NCBI GenBank assembly: GCA_017631895.1
Contig: JAGBSK010000035.1
Coordinates: 1-60,103, forward strand
Reading direction: 5' to 3'
Length of the DNA stretch: 60,103 bases
DNA from: Alphaproteobacteria bacterium
GTDB lineage: Bacteria > Pseudomonadota > Alphaproteobacteria > Rs-D84
Position 1 is the first letter of the stretch. Each line of letters starts with the position of its first letter. Under the pieces are notes generated by a model. It did not search any database. It saw only the letters and a program-made list of their open reading frames with translations, and was not told the DNA's origin. Below, piece after piece: positions 1 to 9,045 of this stretch. Both the position numbers and the translations under genes were made by a program.

Positions 1-55
1 ATTCAATAGAAAAATTGTATAATTTGAAAGAATATTTAATCGAGAGAGAATTTTT

Positions 56-1393
56 ATGAAAAAACTGTCATTTTTTCTGCTGTGTGCGGTTCCTTTTTCT
101 GCGTTTGCCACGACCAAAGATTGTATGACGCGCATGGACGTGCCGTATGGAAAATTAAATTTACCCCAGGTGATAGAGTTGGGTCTGTGTCGCAATCCGC
201 AAACTGCGTCGGCGTATATGGCGTATGAATCTGCTCGTTTTTCAAAAAATGCGGGATACGCAGATTATTTACCGAGTGTTAGTGCGTCGGCGAATGCGTC
301 TCTGCCATATAGAAACAGCGAATGGGGCGATTGGTCATACGGCGCGTCGTTGTCGGCTTCTTATTTAATATTTGATTTTGGAAAACGTTTTTCAGATGTC
401 AAACAATCAATCTATGCGTGGCGCGCGGCGGGATTTGATTATGACGAAAGTGTTCAGAACTATGTATATGGCATAATCGGGTCTTACTATGCTTTGTTAA
501 ATGCAAATGCAGACGTTGAATCAGCTGAAATGTTGCGCAAGGTTGCACAGACCGCGCGCGATACCGCAAGTAAAAAATTCCAGGCCGGTTCCGTTGCCAA
601 GGCCGATGTGTTAAAGGCAGATACAACATTGGCCAGTCGCGATTTGGATTTAGAACGCGCAAAAAACAATCGCGAAATTGCCAAGGGCACGCTGCTTAGC
701 AAGTTATCGTTCCCGGCAAATCAGGAAATCGATATTGCCGACCTGCCATCAACAATTGGCACACCCCAGGAAACCAAGTCATTGGATGAATTGTTTGAAC
801 AGGCACAAAAAACGCGCCCCGATTTGTTGCGCGCGACCGCGAACAAAGACGCCGCATGGCACAGACGCAACAGCGTATTCTTAAGTAATCTGCCGTCTAT
901 TTCCGCATCGGGTTCTTTGTCGTGGAATGATACACCATCGGAAACATTTGGCGCGGGTTCGGATAAAATTAGTGGTAGCGTCGGCATCCGCGCATCTATG
1001 CCGTTGTTCGCAGGTTTTGCAAACCTGTACAACGCGCGGGCGGCGGCGGCAAACTATGATCGCGCTGTGGAACAGGAACGCCTGACCCAGGATAATGCGA
1101 CGCTGGATATATTCACGGCGTACCACAATTACAAAACTGCCCAGACGGTATTAAAACAAACAGAAACGTTGTTAAAGTCTGCAACCGAATCGGAAAAGGT
1201 GACGGCCGGCATGTACAAGGTTGGACGCGCAACCATGCTGGATTGGCAAACCGCACAATCTGAATTATTAAGCGCGGAAAAACAAAACAATGCGGCAAAA
1301 TATGATTTGTTCACAAAACGCGCGGCGGTCGCATTGGCGGTTGGCGAAATCAAGACAGAATTAGACAAGGGGACAGAAAATGAAGCAGAATAA
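56..1393 (+). CDS. TolC/OEP-family outer-membrane efflux channel
   Basis: 445-aa ORF. Signal peptide MKKLSFFLLCAVPFSAFA. Internally duplicated OEP pattern (YLPSVSASANASLPY in first half, NLPSISASGSLSWND in second half) separated by long helical stretches. Purine-rich GAGAGAG 8 nt before ATG. 14-nt overlap with the downstream adaptor gene. Confidence 0.8.
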   Translation: MKKLSFFLLCAVPFSAFATTKDCMTRMDVPYGKLNLPQVIELGLCRNPQTASAYMAYESARFSKNAGYADYLPSVSASANASLPYRNSEWGDWSYGASLSASYLIFDFGKRFSDVKQSIYAWRAAGFDYDESVQNYVYGIIGSYYALLNANADVESAEMLRKVAQTARDTASKKFQAGSVAKADVLKADTTLASRDLDLERAKNNREIAKGTLLSKLSFPANQEIDIADLPSTIGTPQETKSLDELFEQAQKTRPDLLRATANKDAAWHRRNSVFLSNLPSISASGSLSWNDTPSETFGAGSDKISGSVGIRASMPLFAGFANLYNARAAAANYDRAVEQERLTQDNATLDIFTAYHNYKTAQTVLKQTETLLKSATESEKVTAGMYKVGRATMLDWQTAQSELLSAEKQNNAAKYDLFTKRAAVALAVGEIKTELDKGTENEAE

Positions 1394-2588
1394 TAGCAAG
1401 ACGCAACAAAAGAAATCTTTTATAGGACGCATGTTTGGTTGGATGTGGCGCAAGAAATGGTGGCTGTTAATAGTTGCGATTGTTGCGGTTGGCACATGGT
1501 GGATTTTTAGCGACAAAACTCAAAAGCCGGGTGAATTTATTACGCTGAATATTACACGCGGGGATTTACGCCAGGTGGTAACGGCAACCGGCGAAATTAT
1601 GCCTGTAAATACTGTGAACGTTGGTTCCCAGGTGTCGGGCACAATTGACAACCTGTACGTTGATTTTAACACCAAGGTAAAAAAGGGCGATGTGTTGCTG
1701 ACCATTGAACCGTCTGTATTACAGGCCACGGTTGACGAGTCCAAGGCATCACTGGACAGCGCGATTTCCCAACGAAACTTTGCAAAAAGCGAATATGAAC
1801 GTAATAAGACCCTGTATGGCGAAGGGTTTATTTCACGCGCGGAAATGGAACAGTCTCAGACGCAGTATGAACAGTCTGAACAGTCTGTTAAACGCGCACA
1901 GTCCACATACGACCGCGCGGTAACGAACCTGGGCTATGCAACAATCGTGTCGCCGGTTGACGGCACAGTTATTTCGCGCAAGGTGGACGTAGGGCAGACG
2001 GTTGCGGCATCTTTCCAGACACCTGACCTGTTTGAAATCGCCGAAGATTTAACCAAAATGCAAATCGAAACCGCCGTGTCCGAGGCTGACATTGGCGTTA
2101 TCAAAGACGGTCAACCCGTCACATTTACCGTTGACGCATACCCAACTGAAACGTTCGAAGGCGTCGTGCGTCAGATTCGCCTGTCGCCGACGACAACATC
2201 AAACGTTGTTGTTTATACCGTTGTAATTGATGTTGATAACACAGATTTGCGCCTGATGCCGGGAATGACCGCGTTTGTGACGATTGTTATTTCTGAACGT
2301 GAAAATGTGTGGCGTGCGGCAAACTCTGCATTTTTGGTGCGCAATTTTGGAAACTTTTTAGACCCTGAAATTGTTAACGGCGCGACGCCTGTATCACACC
2401 TGGCGATACTGCGCGATAGAGATGTGATAATGGTTCCATATACCAAGGGATTAACCACCGCAACTGAAACAGAAATTATTTCAGAAGAAATTCAAATGGG
2501 CGACAAGATCATTGTTGGGCGCATGGGAATGGCGTCATCAAACCCAAAACAAAGTATGAGCCCAATGCGTGGCCCAAGAATGATGTAA
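1380..2588 (+). CDS. HlyD/MacA-type periplasmic adaptor (membrane-fusion protein)
   Basis: 402-aa ORF. N-terminal TM anchor WWLLIVAIVAVGTWWIF. Lipoyl-like VGSQVSGTIDNLYVDFNTKVKKGDVLLTIEP. Long coiled-coil segment, then ATIVSPVDGTVISRKVDVGQTV and beta-barrel/MP-like C-terminus. Confidence 0.85.
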   Translation: MKQNNSKTQQKKSFIGRMFGWMWRKKWWLLIVAIVAVGTWWIFSDKTQKPGEFITLNITRGDLRQVVTATGEIMPVNTVNVGSQVSGTIDNLYVDFNTKVKKGDVLLTIEPSVLQATVDESKASLDSAISQRNFAKSEYERNKTLYGEGFISRAEMEQSQTQYEQSEQSVKRAQSTYDRAVTNLGYATIVSPVDGTVISRKVDVGQTVAASFQTPDLFEIAEDLTKMQIETAVSEADIGVIKDGQPVTFTVDAYPTETFEGVVRQIRLSPTTTSNVVVYTVVIDVDNTDLRLMPGMTAFVTIVISERENVWRAANSAFLVRNFGNFLDPEIVNGATPVSHLAILRDRDVIMVPYTKGLTTATETEIISEEIQMGDKIIVGRMGMASSNPKQSMSPMRGPRMM

Positions 2589-2589
2589 T

Positions 2590-2619
2590 AAAAAAGCCCC
2601 ACAACTGTGGGGATTTTTT
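2590..2619. terminator. bidirectional intrinsic terminator shared by adaptor gene (+) and fba (-)
   Basis: A6-G-CCCCAC-AACT-GTGGGG-A-T6. The fba stop codon (tta, 2618-2620) is formed by the T-run. Confidence 0.75.
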
Positions 2620-3562
2620 ATAACTTGTTTTCCGACCCCATAATATCACGGATTTCATCTGCGCATATTTGGGACATGGTTGTGGTGGCAGCCGATAAAA
2701 ATTCACGCGGATTAAAGTTCTGGGGATTTTCCGCCAATGCGCGACGAGTCGCCGCAATAAAGCCAAGCCTTAAATCGCTGTCCACGTTAATTTTGCATAT
2801 GTTCATATTTGTTGCGCGACGTAATTGCGAAACATCTATTCCACGTGCGCCCGATAATTTACCGCCAAATTTATTTATAATTGTTATCAATTTTTGCGGA
2901 ATATTTGACGCACCATGCAATACCAATGGAAAATCTGGCAGACGCGATGTCACATCCGCCAAAATGTCAAAACGCAGTTCTTCGTCATCGCGTCTGCGCT
3001 TGTATGCGCCATGACTGGTGCCAATGGCAATCGCAAGTGAATCGATACCCGTCGCACGCACAAATTTTTCAACGTCGTCGGGATTGGTATAACTGGCTTT
3101 ATCGCCGAACGTGATTTCATCTTCGATGCCGGACAGAATACCCAGTTCAGCCTCGACCGAGACATTGTGTTGGTGTGCAAATTCCACCACACGACGTGTG
3201 ATTTCAACATTTTCATCAAATGGCAATTTGCTGGCATCTATCATGACAGATGAAAAGCCCAATTCAATTGCGCGGACGCATGATTCAAAACTGGTTCCGT
3301 GATCCAAATGCAATGCCATTTTTTCATCAGGCGATATGTTTGCCCCCATAATCATACCCATTAACATATCAGAGCCCATATATTTTAATGCGGATTCAGA
3401 TACCGCCAATATCACCGGACTGTGTGTCATGCGCGCCGCATTCAAAACGGCGTTCAGGGTTTCCATATTATAAAAATTAAACGCAGGCACCGCATATTTG
3501 CGCGCAATCGCGTCTGCAAACATTTCACGGGTATTAACCAGCCCTAAATCTGTATATTTCAT
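2618..3562 (-). CDS. fba: class II fructose/ketose-bisphosphate aldolase
   Basis: 314-aa ORF with VPAFNFYNMETLNAVLNAA, SPVILAVSE, LHLDHG, VMIDAS, IGTSHGAYK, LVLHGAS motifs typical of metal-dependent class II aldolases. Confidence 0.9.
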   Translation of the reverse strand: MKYTDLGLVNTREMFADAIARKYAVPAFNFYNMETLNAVLNAARMTHSPVILAVSESALKYMGSDMLMGMIMGANISPDEKMALHLDHGTSFESCVRAIELGFSSVMIDASKLPFDENVEITRRVVEFAHQHNVSVEAELGILSGIEDEITFGDKASYTNPDDVEKFVRATGIDSLAIAIGTSHGAYKRRRDDEELRFDILADVTSRLPDFPLVLHGASNIPQKLITIINKFGGKLSGARGIDVSQLRRATNMNICKINVDSDLRLGFIAATRRALAENPQNFNPREFLSAATTTMSQICADEIRDIMGSENKL

Positions 3563-3715
3563 AAAAAATTCCTTTTGATTGGATTATAACACATTTGAGT
3601 AAGATGTAATCGTTTTTTTTAATGGGTTTTAATTGACAACGCAACCATTTGTGCCACAATTATCACGAATCGGGGGCCGGACAGAGATTACAGTTTTTAC
3701 ACAAAGGGTAAATAA

Positions 3716-4054
3716 ATGAAAAAGACTTTGTTTGCATTGTTTGGTTTGATGGTATTAGCGGGCTGTTCGTCCTATGACTATTACAAGGGCGGCGTAAGAT
3801 ACACCCAGGACGGTGATGATTGTGTGTTCTATTCTGCGGAACGTGGTCGTCGCTATTCCGAAGATATTCGTTCATTAGATATGGACAAGAAAATCGTTTA
3901 TCGCAATACAAAATGTCGTAATTTATACCTGCGTGATAATTTTGGCGCAGCACAGCGCACAGAACGCCAGGTGCTGACACCGGCCGCGAATAAACCCACA
4001 ACATGTGGTTGCGAAAAAAAGTGTGGTAAGAAAAAATACGTTTTTGTGAAATAA
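3716..4054 (+). CDS. small lipoprotein, function unknown
   Basis: 112-aa ORF. Lipobox MKKTLFALFGLMVLAGC|SS. AAAGGG SD. Lys/Cys-rich C-terminus. Terminator directly downstream. Confidence 0.6.
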   Translation: MKKTLFALFGLMVLAGCSSYDYYKGGVRYTQDGDDCVFYSAERGRRYSEDIRSLDMDKKIVYRNTKCRNLYLRDNFGAAQRTERQVLTPAANKPTTCGCEKKCGKKKYVFVK

Positions 4055-4056
4055 AT

Positions 4057-4083
4057 AAAAACCGCCATTTGGCGGTTTTTTTA
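4057..4083. terminator. bidirectional intrinsic terminator (lipoprotein gene / GT2 gene)
   Basis: AAAA-ACCGCC-ATTT-GGCGGT-T6. The GT2 stop codon tta (4081-4083) lies in the T-run. Confidence 0.75.
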
Positions 4084-4947
4084 TTTTTTATATGTCTTTA
4101 AGAAACGGATGCCGAACAGATAATATTTTGTTTCGTTGCAATCACGATAAAAGACTTTGCGCAAAAACTTAATCATCAGAAATTTATAGGTTGTTATCTC
4201 TTTGTTATGTTGGCGCTCAATTACATGCCCAAGGTTGTTTTTTTCTATAAATTTTTTTACGTATAATTCCGCATAGTCATAATGTATTTTGCGTTCCGGG
4301 GTTTCCGGCCTGTTTAAGATAGAATTTTCATTAAATACATAATGATAATTTGCCCCGGGAACCGTAATTACACACGAAGCCTGCAACATAGCATTTGGTA
4401 TAAACAACATATCTTCGAAAATGCGACCAACGGGAAATGTTAATTTGTTTTTTTCTAAAAATTCACGACGAAAAACATATCGCCAAATTGTACAATTATT
4501 TAACGCATTGGTTTGTATAAACTTTTCGGTTGGGGTATATAATGCGACACTTGATTTATATCGCACGTTATACAGATTTGAATTTTGCGATATTACATCG
4601 CCCGCTAAAATATCAGGAACGACGTCATGTATTGCGCCCATCATTTTTTCATAATAGTCAACATCCAGATAATCATCTGAATCCATAAAATGAACCCAAT
4701 CGCCCGTTGCAAATTTTAGCCCCGTGTTGCGCGCTATGGATACGCCCGCATTTTTCTGGGTTATAATTTTAATTCGATTATCGGTTGATGCGTATTTTTG
4801 ATAGACCGTACTTGATTTATCAGTCGACCCATCGTCCACAATTAATATTTCCAGATTACGATATGTTTGGCAGACCAGACTGCCTAAACATTGGTCCAGA
4901 AACTTTTCAACATTGTACACGGGTACAATGACCGAAATTTTATTCAT
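4081..4947 (-). CDS. family 2 glycosyltransferase
   Basis: 288-aa ORF. ISVIVPVYNVEKFLDQCLGSLVCQTYRNLEILIVDDGSTDKS and FMDSDDY (DxD) GT2 signatures. AAAGGGG SD 7 nt upstream. Visibly more AT-rich than its neighbours. Confidence 0.85.
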   Translation of the reverse strand: MNKISVIVPVYNVEKFLDQCLGSLVCQTYRNLEILIVDDGSTDKSSTVYQKYASTDNRIKIITQKNAGVSIARNTGLKFATGDWVHFMDSDDYLDVDYYEKMMGAIHDVVPDILAGDVISQNSNLYNVRYKSSVALYTPTEKFIQTNALNNCTIWRYVFRREFLEKNKLTFPVGRIFEDMLFIPNAMLQASCVITVPGANYHYVFNENSILNRPETPERKIHYDYAELYVKKFIEKNNLGHVIERQHNKEITTYKFLMIKFLRKVFYRDCNETKYYLFGIRFLKTYKK

Positions 4948-4972
4948 GTTTTACCCCTTTGATTAATGCCAC

Positions 4973-4998
4973 AAAAAAACCGTCATAAAAACGACGGT
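4973..4998 (-). terminator. intrinsic terminator ending the structured RNA, ~25 nt upstream of the GT2 start
   Basis: Minus strand ACCGUC-GUUUUUAU-GACGGU followed by U7. Confidence 0.7.
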
Positions 4999-5166
4999 CG
5001 GGCATTTTCAAGGTCATAAAGCAGAATGACTCTGTGGGTTTTGGGACGTGCCCTGTTGTATAACCACAGATACCCGACCCAAGGGGTCAGGTGATGTTTT
5101 ACGCGCACACATGCACGCACTGCTTCATGGGTCTTGAAAACCCCGAACCTTACATCCATAAAGTTC
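4973..5166 (-). ncRNA. candidate structured RNA (sRNA or cis-acting leader of the GT2 gene), class unknown
   Basis: No plausible ORF. About 25 bp of long-range pairing between 5149-5120 and 5024-4996 encloses local hairpins 5092-5072 and 5070-5031. Own promoter-like hexamers upstream. Ends in a hairpin plus U7. Confidence 0.4.
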
Positions 5167-5172
5167 GGGGTT
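5139..5172 (-). terminator. terminator-like hairpin downstream of the MerR-family gene
   Basis: Minus strand AACCCCGAAC-N14-GUUCGGGGUU followed by UUC, 40 nt after the stop codon. Confidence 0.55.
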
Positions 5173-5201
5173 ATTATGAATTATAAAATAAGAATTTTCA
5201 A
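5173..5201 (-). promoter_or_regulatory. sigma70-like promoter candidate for the structured RNA
   Basis: TTGAAA-N17-CATAAT on the minus strand. The predicted start (~5166) falls inside the 5' arm of the upstream hairpin. Confidence 0.3.
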
Positions 5202-5211
5202 TCTGTTTTAT

Positions 5212-5595
5212 TTACTGCAACATTTGTTTTGCGGATTCAAGCAAACCAATTGCCAAGTCAATGTCGTCGTTATTGTTTTCCGGTGCGGGCGCCGCAACAA
5301 AGTTTGGTGTGCCGTTATCGCCCATTAAAACTTCGTCCACGCTGGTTGGCAAATTACCATCGCGCAGTAATTTTTTTACACCGGCGATTGTCAGTCCATG
5401 TTTGTACAGCAAATCACGAATAACAATTAATTTTTCAACCGTTTCCGTACGATAATATCGACGACCACCCGCACCCGTTGTTGGACGAATGGCAACCGGG
5501 AATTGTTTTTCCCAATATCGCAGGGTATGTGCCGGCACGTCCAGACGTTTTGACACGTCGTTTATTGATGAAAAGTATTCATTCGTATTTTCCAT
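5212..5595 (-). CDS. MerR-family transcriptional regulator (conserved alphaproteobacterial type)
   Basis: 127-aa ORF. N-terminal HTH INDVSKRLDVPAHTLRYWEKQF and RYYRTETVEKLIVIRDLLYKHGLTIAGVKKLL. Begins 16 nt after the gyrA stop. Confidence 0.8.
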   Translation of the reverse strand: MENTNEYFSSINDVSKRLDVPAHTLRYWEKQFPVAIRPTTGAGGRRYYRTETVEKLIVIRDLLYKHGLTIAGVKKLLRDGNLPTSVDEVLMGDNGTPNFVAAPAPENNNDDIDLAIGLLESAKQMLQ

Positions 5596-5610
5596 GCCGG
5601 CACCCCGTGA

Positions 5611-8343
5611 TTATTCCGATACAACTGTTTCTGTGGCAACTTCTTCGGTTGGCTCTTCTTCCGACGCGCCCTCAATTGAAATAGCCGATACAACGCGTTC
5701 GTTTTCAGCGGTGCGGAATAATGTCACACCCGCGGTTGAACGGCCCGCAATTCGTACGTCTGCGACCGGTGTACGGATGATTTTACCGCCGTCCGTCACC
5801 ATGATGATATCATGGTCGTCTGCGACCGGGAACGAACCCGCAACGGCCGTGTTTTTACCGCCCAGTTTGATGTTTGTAAATCCGCCACCACCACGGTGTG
5901 TCAGGCGGTATTCATACGAACTGGTGCGTTTGCCGAACCCGTTTTCAGAAATTGTCAGAATGAATTCTTCCGCCGCCGCCATTTGCGCCATTTTTGCATC
6001 ATCCAAAACAATTGTTGTTTCTTCTTCGTCGGCTGACGCTTCTTCTTCGATACCAGTCGCGGCACGACGGGCGGCACGCGATTGCTTGATATAAGCCGCA
6101 CGGACCGCAGAATCAGATTCACCACGGTTCAGCATCGCCATGTCGATAATACGGTCATCCGCGCCCAATGTTATACCGCGAACACCGGTTGAATTACGTC
6201 CCGCAAACACGCGAATTTCCGGCACTGGGAATCGAATCGCACGACCGCGATATGTCGCCAAGAACACATCTTGGTCTTCGCGACATGGTAATACTGAAAT
6301 TAGACTGTCGCCTTCGTCCAGTTTCATCGCAATTTTACCGTTTGCACGAATTGAATCAAAATCAGACATACGGTTGCGACGAACGGTACCCGACGCGGTT
6401 GCAAACATCAAGAATTGTTCTTGGTCTGTGGTGCGGGTGGCATCTTCTTCTGGTACCGGCAAGATTGCAGTAATCGTTTCGCCGTTTTCCAATGGCAACA
6501 GATTGACCAGTGGGCGTCCCTTGGCCGCGGCGGCAGCTTCGGGTAATTTATATGTTTTTAATTTATAGCACATACCGCGTGAACTAAAGAACAACAATGG
6601 TGTGTGCGTGTTTGCAACGAACACCTGGACCACATAGTCGTCGTCCTTGGTCGCCATGGCGTTGCGTCCCTTGCCACCGCGTTTCTGGGCGCGATATGTA
6701 TCCAGCGCAACACGTTTGATATAGCCCGTATTAGATACGGTAATTACCATATCTTCGCGGGCAATCAAATCTTCGATATCAATGTCAATTTCTGCGTCGG
6801 AAATTTCTGTGCGACGTGGGGAAGCCCAATTGTCGCGAACCGCCGCCGTTTCATCGCGAATGATTTGGACGATTCTTTCATGGCTGCCCAAAATTTCAAG
6901 CAGGTCGCGAATCGTTGCACCAAGTGTCGTCAAATCGTTATGGATTTTATCGCGTTCCAAACCGGTCAGACGATGCAATTGCAATTCCAAGATTGCACGT
7001 GCCTGATCTTCGGACATGTGGAACATGCCGTCGCGATATTCTGTGTTTGGATCATCAATCAATTGAATATAAGATTCAATGTCTGATGCACGCCAGCCGC
7101 GCGACACCAATGCCACGCGCGCCTCTTCTGGGTTTGGACTGGATTTAATCAGTTCGATAACTTCGTCCAGATTGCCAACCGCAACGGACAGCCCCAACAA
7201 TGTATGTGCACGATTGCGTGCCTTGTTCAAATCGAAAATCGTGCGACGGCGTATAACCTCGGCCCTGAAATCGATAAATGCATCCAGAACACCACGAACA
7301 TTGAACAACATTGGGCGACCACGATTCAATGCCATCATGTTTACTGGGAAACTGGTCTGCATTTCTGTGTATTGGAACAAGTGATTCAAAACAACATCCG
7401 CAATTGCGTCGCGCTTTAATTCAATAACGATACGCAGACCTTCTTTGGATGATTCGTCGCGGATTTCAGAAATACCCTCGATACGTTTGTCTTTAATCAA
7501 TTCGGCGATTTTGATAATCATTTGCGCCTTGTTGACCTGGTATGGGATTTCATCAACAATAATTGCCTGGTGGTCGCGAAAATCTTCGACGTGCGTTTTA
7601 GAACGGATGATAATTGAACCGCGCCCAGTTGTGTGCGCCTTGTACGCGCCGGCACGCCCCATAATCATCGCGCCCGTCGGAAAGTCTGGCCCCGGAATGA
7701 TTGTGAACAATTCATCATCACTGATGGATTTGTTGTCCAATATCGCCAAAATACCGTTGCAGATTTCGCCCAGATTGTATGTCGGAACATTAGTTGCCAT
7801 ACCAACTGCAATACCAGAACCGCCATTCACCAGGAAATTTGGGAACTTGGCTGGCAAAACAACCGGTTCCGACAGCGAACCATCAAAGTTCGGCTGCCAA
7901 TCAACCGTATCTTTGTCCATATCGTCCATTAATGACGCACCCAGTTTGGACAGACGAGCCTCGGTATAACGCATGGCCGCGGCCTTGTCCCCGTCGCGCG
8001 AACCAAAGTTACCCTGGCCCTGGACCAGCATTTCGCCCATGGAAAAGTCCTGCCCCATGCGGACCATAGCCTCGTAAATAGAACTGTCGCCGTGCGGATG
8101 GTATTTACCCATAACATCACCGACAATGCGCGCCGATTTTACCGTTGGTTTCGTCGCAGGTGCAACATCATTCATAACGTACAAAATTCTGCGGTGCACA
8201 GGCTTGCACCCGTCGCGAACATCCGGCAACGCACGGTCAACAATAACCGACATCGCATAGTCCAAAAAACTGGTCCGCATTTCGTGTTCCAGGGAAGATT
8301 GCGGAACACGGGTTTCAATTACTTCGTTAATGTTTTCTGACAT
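5611..8343 (-). CDS. gyrA: DNA gyrase subunit A
   Basis: [31 protein letters not shown]-like [17 protein letters not shown], active-site [11 protein letters not shown]-terminal beta-pinwheel repeats and acidic tail. Start placed at MSENINE (ATG 8343, AGGAAAGG SD) rather than the ORF-track start 8403. Confidence 0.97.
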   Translation of the reverse strand: MSENINEVIETRVPQSSLEHEMRTSFLDYAMSVIVDRALPDVRDGCKPVHRRILYVMNDVAPATKPTVKSARIVGDVMGKYHPHGDSSIYEAMVRMGQDFSMGEMLVQGQGNFGSRDGDKAAAMRYTEARLSKLGASLMDDMDKDTVDWQPNFDGSLSEPVVLPAKFPNFLVNGGSGIAVGMATNVPTYNLGEICNGILAILDNKSISDDELFTIIPGPDFPTGAMIMGRAGAYKAHTTGRGSIIIRSKTHVEDFRDHQAIIVDEIPYQVNKAQMIIKIAELIKDKRIEGISEIRDESSKEGLRIVIELKRDAIADVVLNHLFQYTEMQTSFPVNMMALNRGRPMLFNVRGVLDAFIDFRAEVIRRRTIFDLNKARNRAHTLLGLSVAVGNLDEVIELIKSSPNPEEARVALVSRGWRASDIESYIQLIDDPNTEYRDGMFHMSEDQARAILELQLHRLTGLERDKIHNDLTTLGATIRDLLEILGSHERIVQIIRDETAAVRDNWASPRRTEISDAEIDIDIEDLIAREDMVITVSNTGYIKRVALDTYRAQKRGGKGRNAMATKDDDYVVQVFVANTHTPLLFFSSRGMCYKLKTYKLPEAAAAAKGRPLVNLLPLENGETITAILPVPEEDATRTTDQEQFLMFATASGTVRRNRMSDFDSIRANGKIAMKLDEGDSLISVLPCREDQDVFLATYRGRAIRFPVPEIRVFAGRNSTGVRGITLGADDRIIDMAMLNRGESDSAVRAAYIKQSRAARRAATGIEEEASADEEETTIVLDDAKMAQMAAAEEFILTISENGFGKRTSSYEYRLTHRGGGGFTNIKLGGKNTAVAGSFPVADDHDIIMVTDGGKIIRTPVADVRIAGRSTAGVTLFRTAENERVVSAISIEGASEEEPTEEVATETVVSE

Positions 8344-8425
8344 ACTTACCTTTCCTATGTTTATAACATACAAAACATAGCAGAATTTTGGGCTTTTCGT
8401 CAAGAAATAAAGCCCAAAAAACAGA

Positions 8426-8453
8426 TTGACAAAACACGCATTCGTGATAACAT
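8426..8453 (+). promoter_or_regulatory. promoter candidate giving a leaderless mRNA for the 61-aa ORF
   Basis: TTGACA-N16-TAACAT. The ATG at 8461 lies 7-8 nt after the -10 hexamer with no SD in between. Confidence 0.35.
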
Positions 8454-8460
8454 AAATTGT

Positions 8461-8646
8461 ATGGGAAAATTTAAAGATATTTTAACCGAAACACGCGATT
8501 GGGCACAGCAAATGCGGGATGCCGCCGGCAATAATTACATTGAACGTGCGCAATACACGTGCCAGGTGTGGAACTTGGACCAAATGATTAAAATCGGAAA
8601 CGCAATTGAACACGCGTACAATTGGTTGCGCGACAAACAACGATAA
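8461..8646 (+). CDS. hypothetical 61-aa protein
   Basis: ORF only, with non-repetitive balanced composition and a consensus-like promoter placed for leaderless translation. No recognisable motif. Confidence 0.4.
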   Translation: MGKFKDILTETRDWAQQMRDAAGNNYIERAQYTCQVWNLDQMIKIGNAIEHAYNWLRDKQR

Positions 8647-8889
8647 GACAAAAATCACATGGATAAGATGTTTTTACCTTTTTATAAATTGTTTGTGGCG
8701 TTGTTTATATATTATCTGACGATGGACGCGTTGGCAAAATTTGGATTGATAAAATCTAAATAAAAAGGTTGCGTTTTTATAAAACGTATGATTAAATAGG
8801 GGCACAAACGGATTTTTCCGGGTGTACGAATGATGCTGCTCGGGTACACTTGGGACACAAAAACACACAAAAACTAAGGGTTTGAAGTC

Positions 8890-9042
8890 ATGGCAACAAA
8901 ACGTACATATCAACCATCGAAAACACGCCGTGTTCGCACACACGGGTTTCGTGCACGTATGGCAACCGCTGGGGGTCGCGATGTTTTGAATCGTCGTCGC
9001 GCGGCGGGTCGTAAAAGATTGGCTGCAACTGCGGCTAACTAA
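8890..9042 (+). CDS. rpmH: 50S ribosomal protein L34
   Basis: Below the ORF-track length cut-off. Translation [50 protein letters not shown] matches the L34 consensus (KRT[YF]QPS..R..R.HGFR.RM.T..GR.VL..RR.KGRKRL). AAGGG SD. Terminator follows. Confidence 0.9.
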   Translation: MATKRTYQPSKTRRVRTHGFRARMATAGGRDVLNRRRAAGRKRLAATAAN

Positions 9043-9045
9043 AAT

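Noticed and set aside
41-55. Recurrent GAGAGAG(A) element upstream of tolC (41-49), the ABC ATPase gene (30802-30809) and fabZ (46331-46339) as a shared regulatory motif
   Set aside because: It lies 6-9 nt upstream of the ATG in all three cases and is purine-rich. The simplest reading is an SD variant pairing with the anti-SD. With only three occurrences there is no other shared context.
4973-5166. Assigning the structured RNA to SRP (4.5S) RNA, 6S RNA, or a TPP, cobalamin, ZTP, fluoride or SAM riboswitch
   Set aside because: - SRP RNA: the GGAAGGAAGCAGC helix-8 motif is absent. Only GAAGCAG and GGUCAGGU fragments occur, in the wrong order and on the wrong strand.
- 6S RNA: the interior is a multi-hairpin junction with a very asymmetric loop rather than a 6S-type central bubble.
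- Riboswitches: none of the diagnostic core motifs (CUGAGA/ACCUGAUC, the B12 box and so on) is present.

The class is left as unknown.
8344-8403. N-terminal extensions in the ORF track: gyrA to 8403, der to 30230, valS to 41059, HAD to 23455, Cys-rich protein to 28740, lpxD from 45243, fabZ from 46298, orphan to 53060, OmpA-like from 23403, nusA to 45106
   Set aside because: In each case an internal ATG with a good SD aligns with the conserved N-terminus of the family. The extensions are hydrophobic or odd in composition and run into promoter or terminator sequence.
8647-8889. oriC / DnaA-box cluster next to rpmH
   Set aside because: Only one weak TGTGGATAA-like site is present (CATGGATAA, two mismatches). 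There is no box cluster, no AT-rich unwinding repeats and no dnaA nearby. Alphaproteobacterial origins are usually near hemE rather than rpmH.
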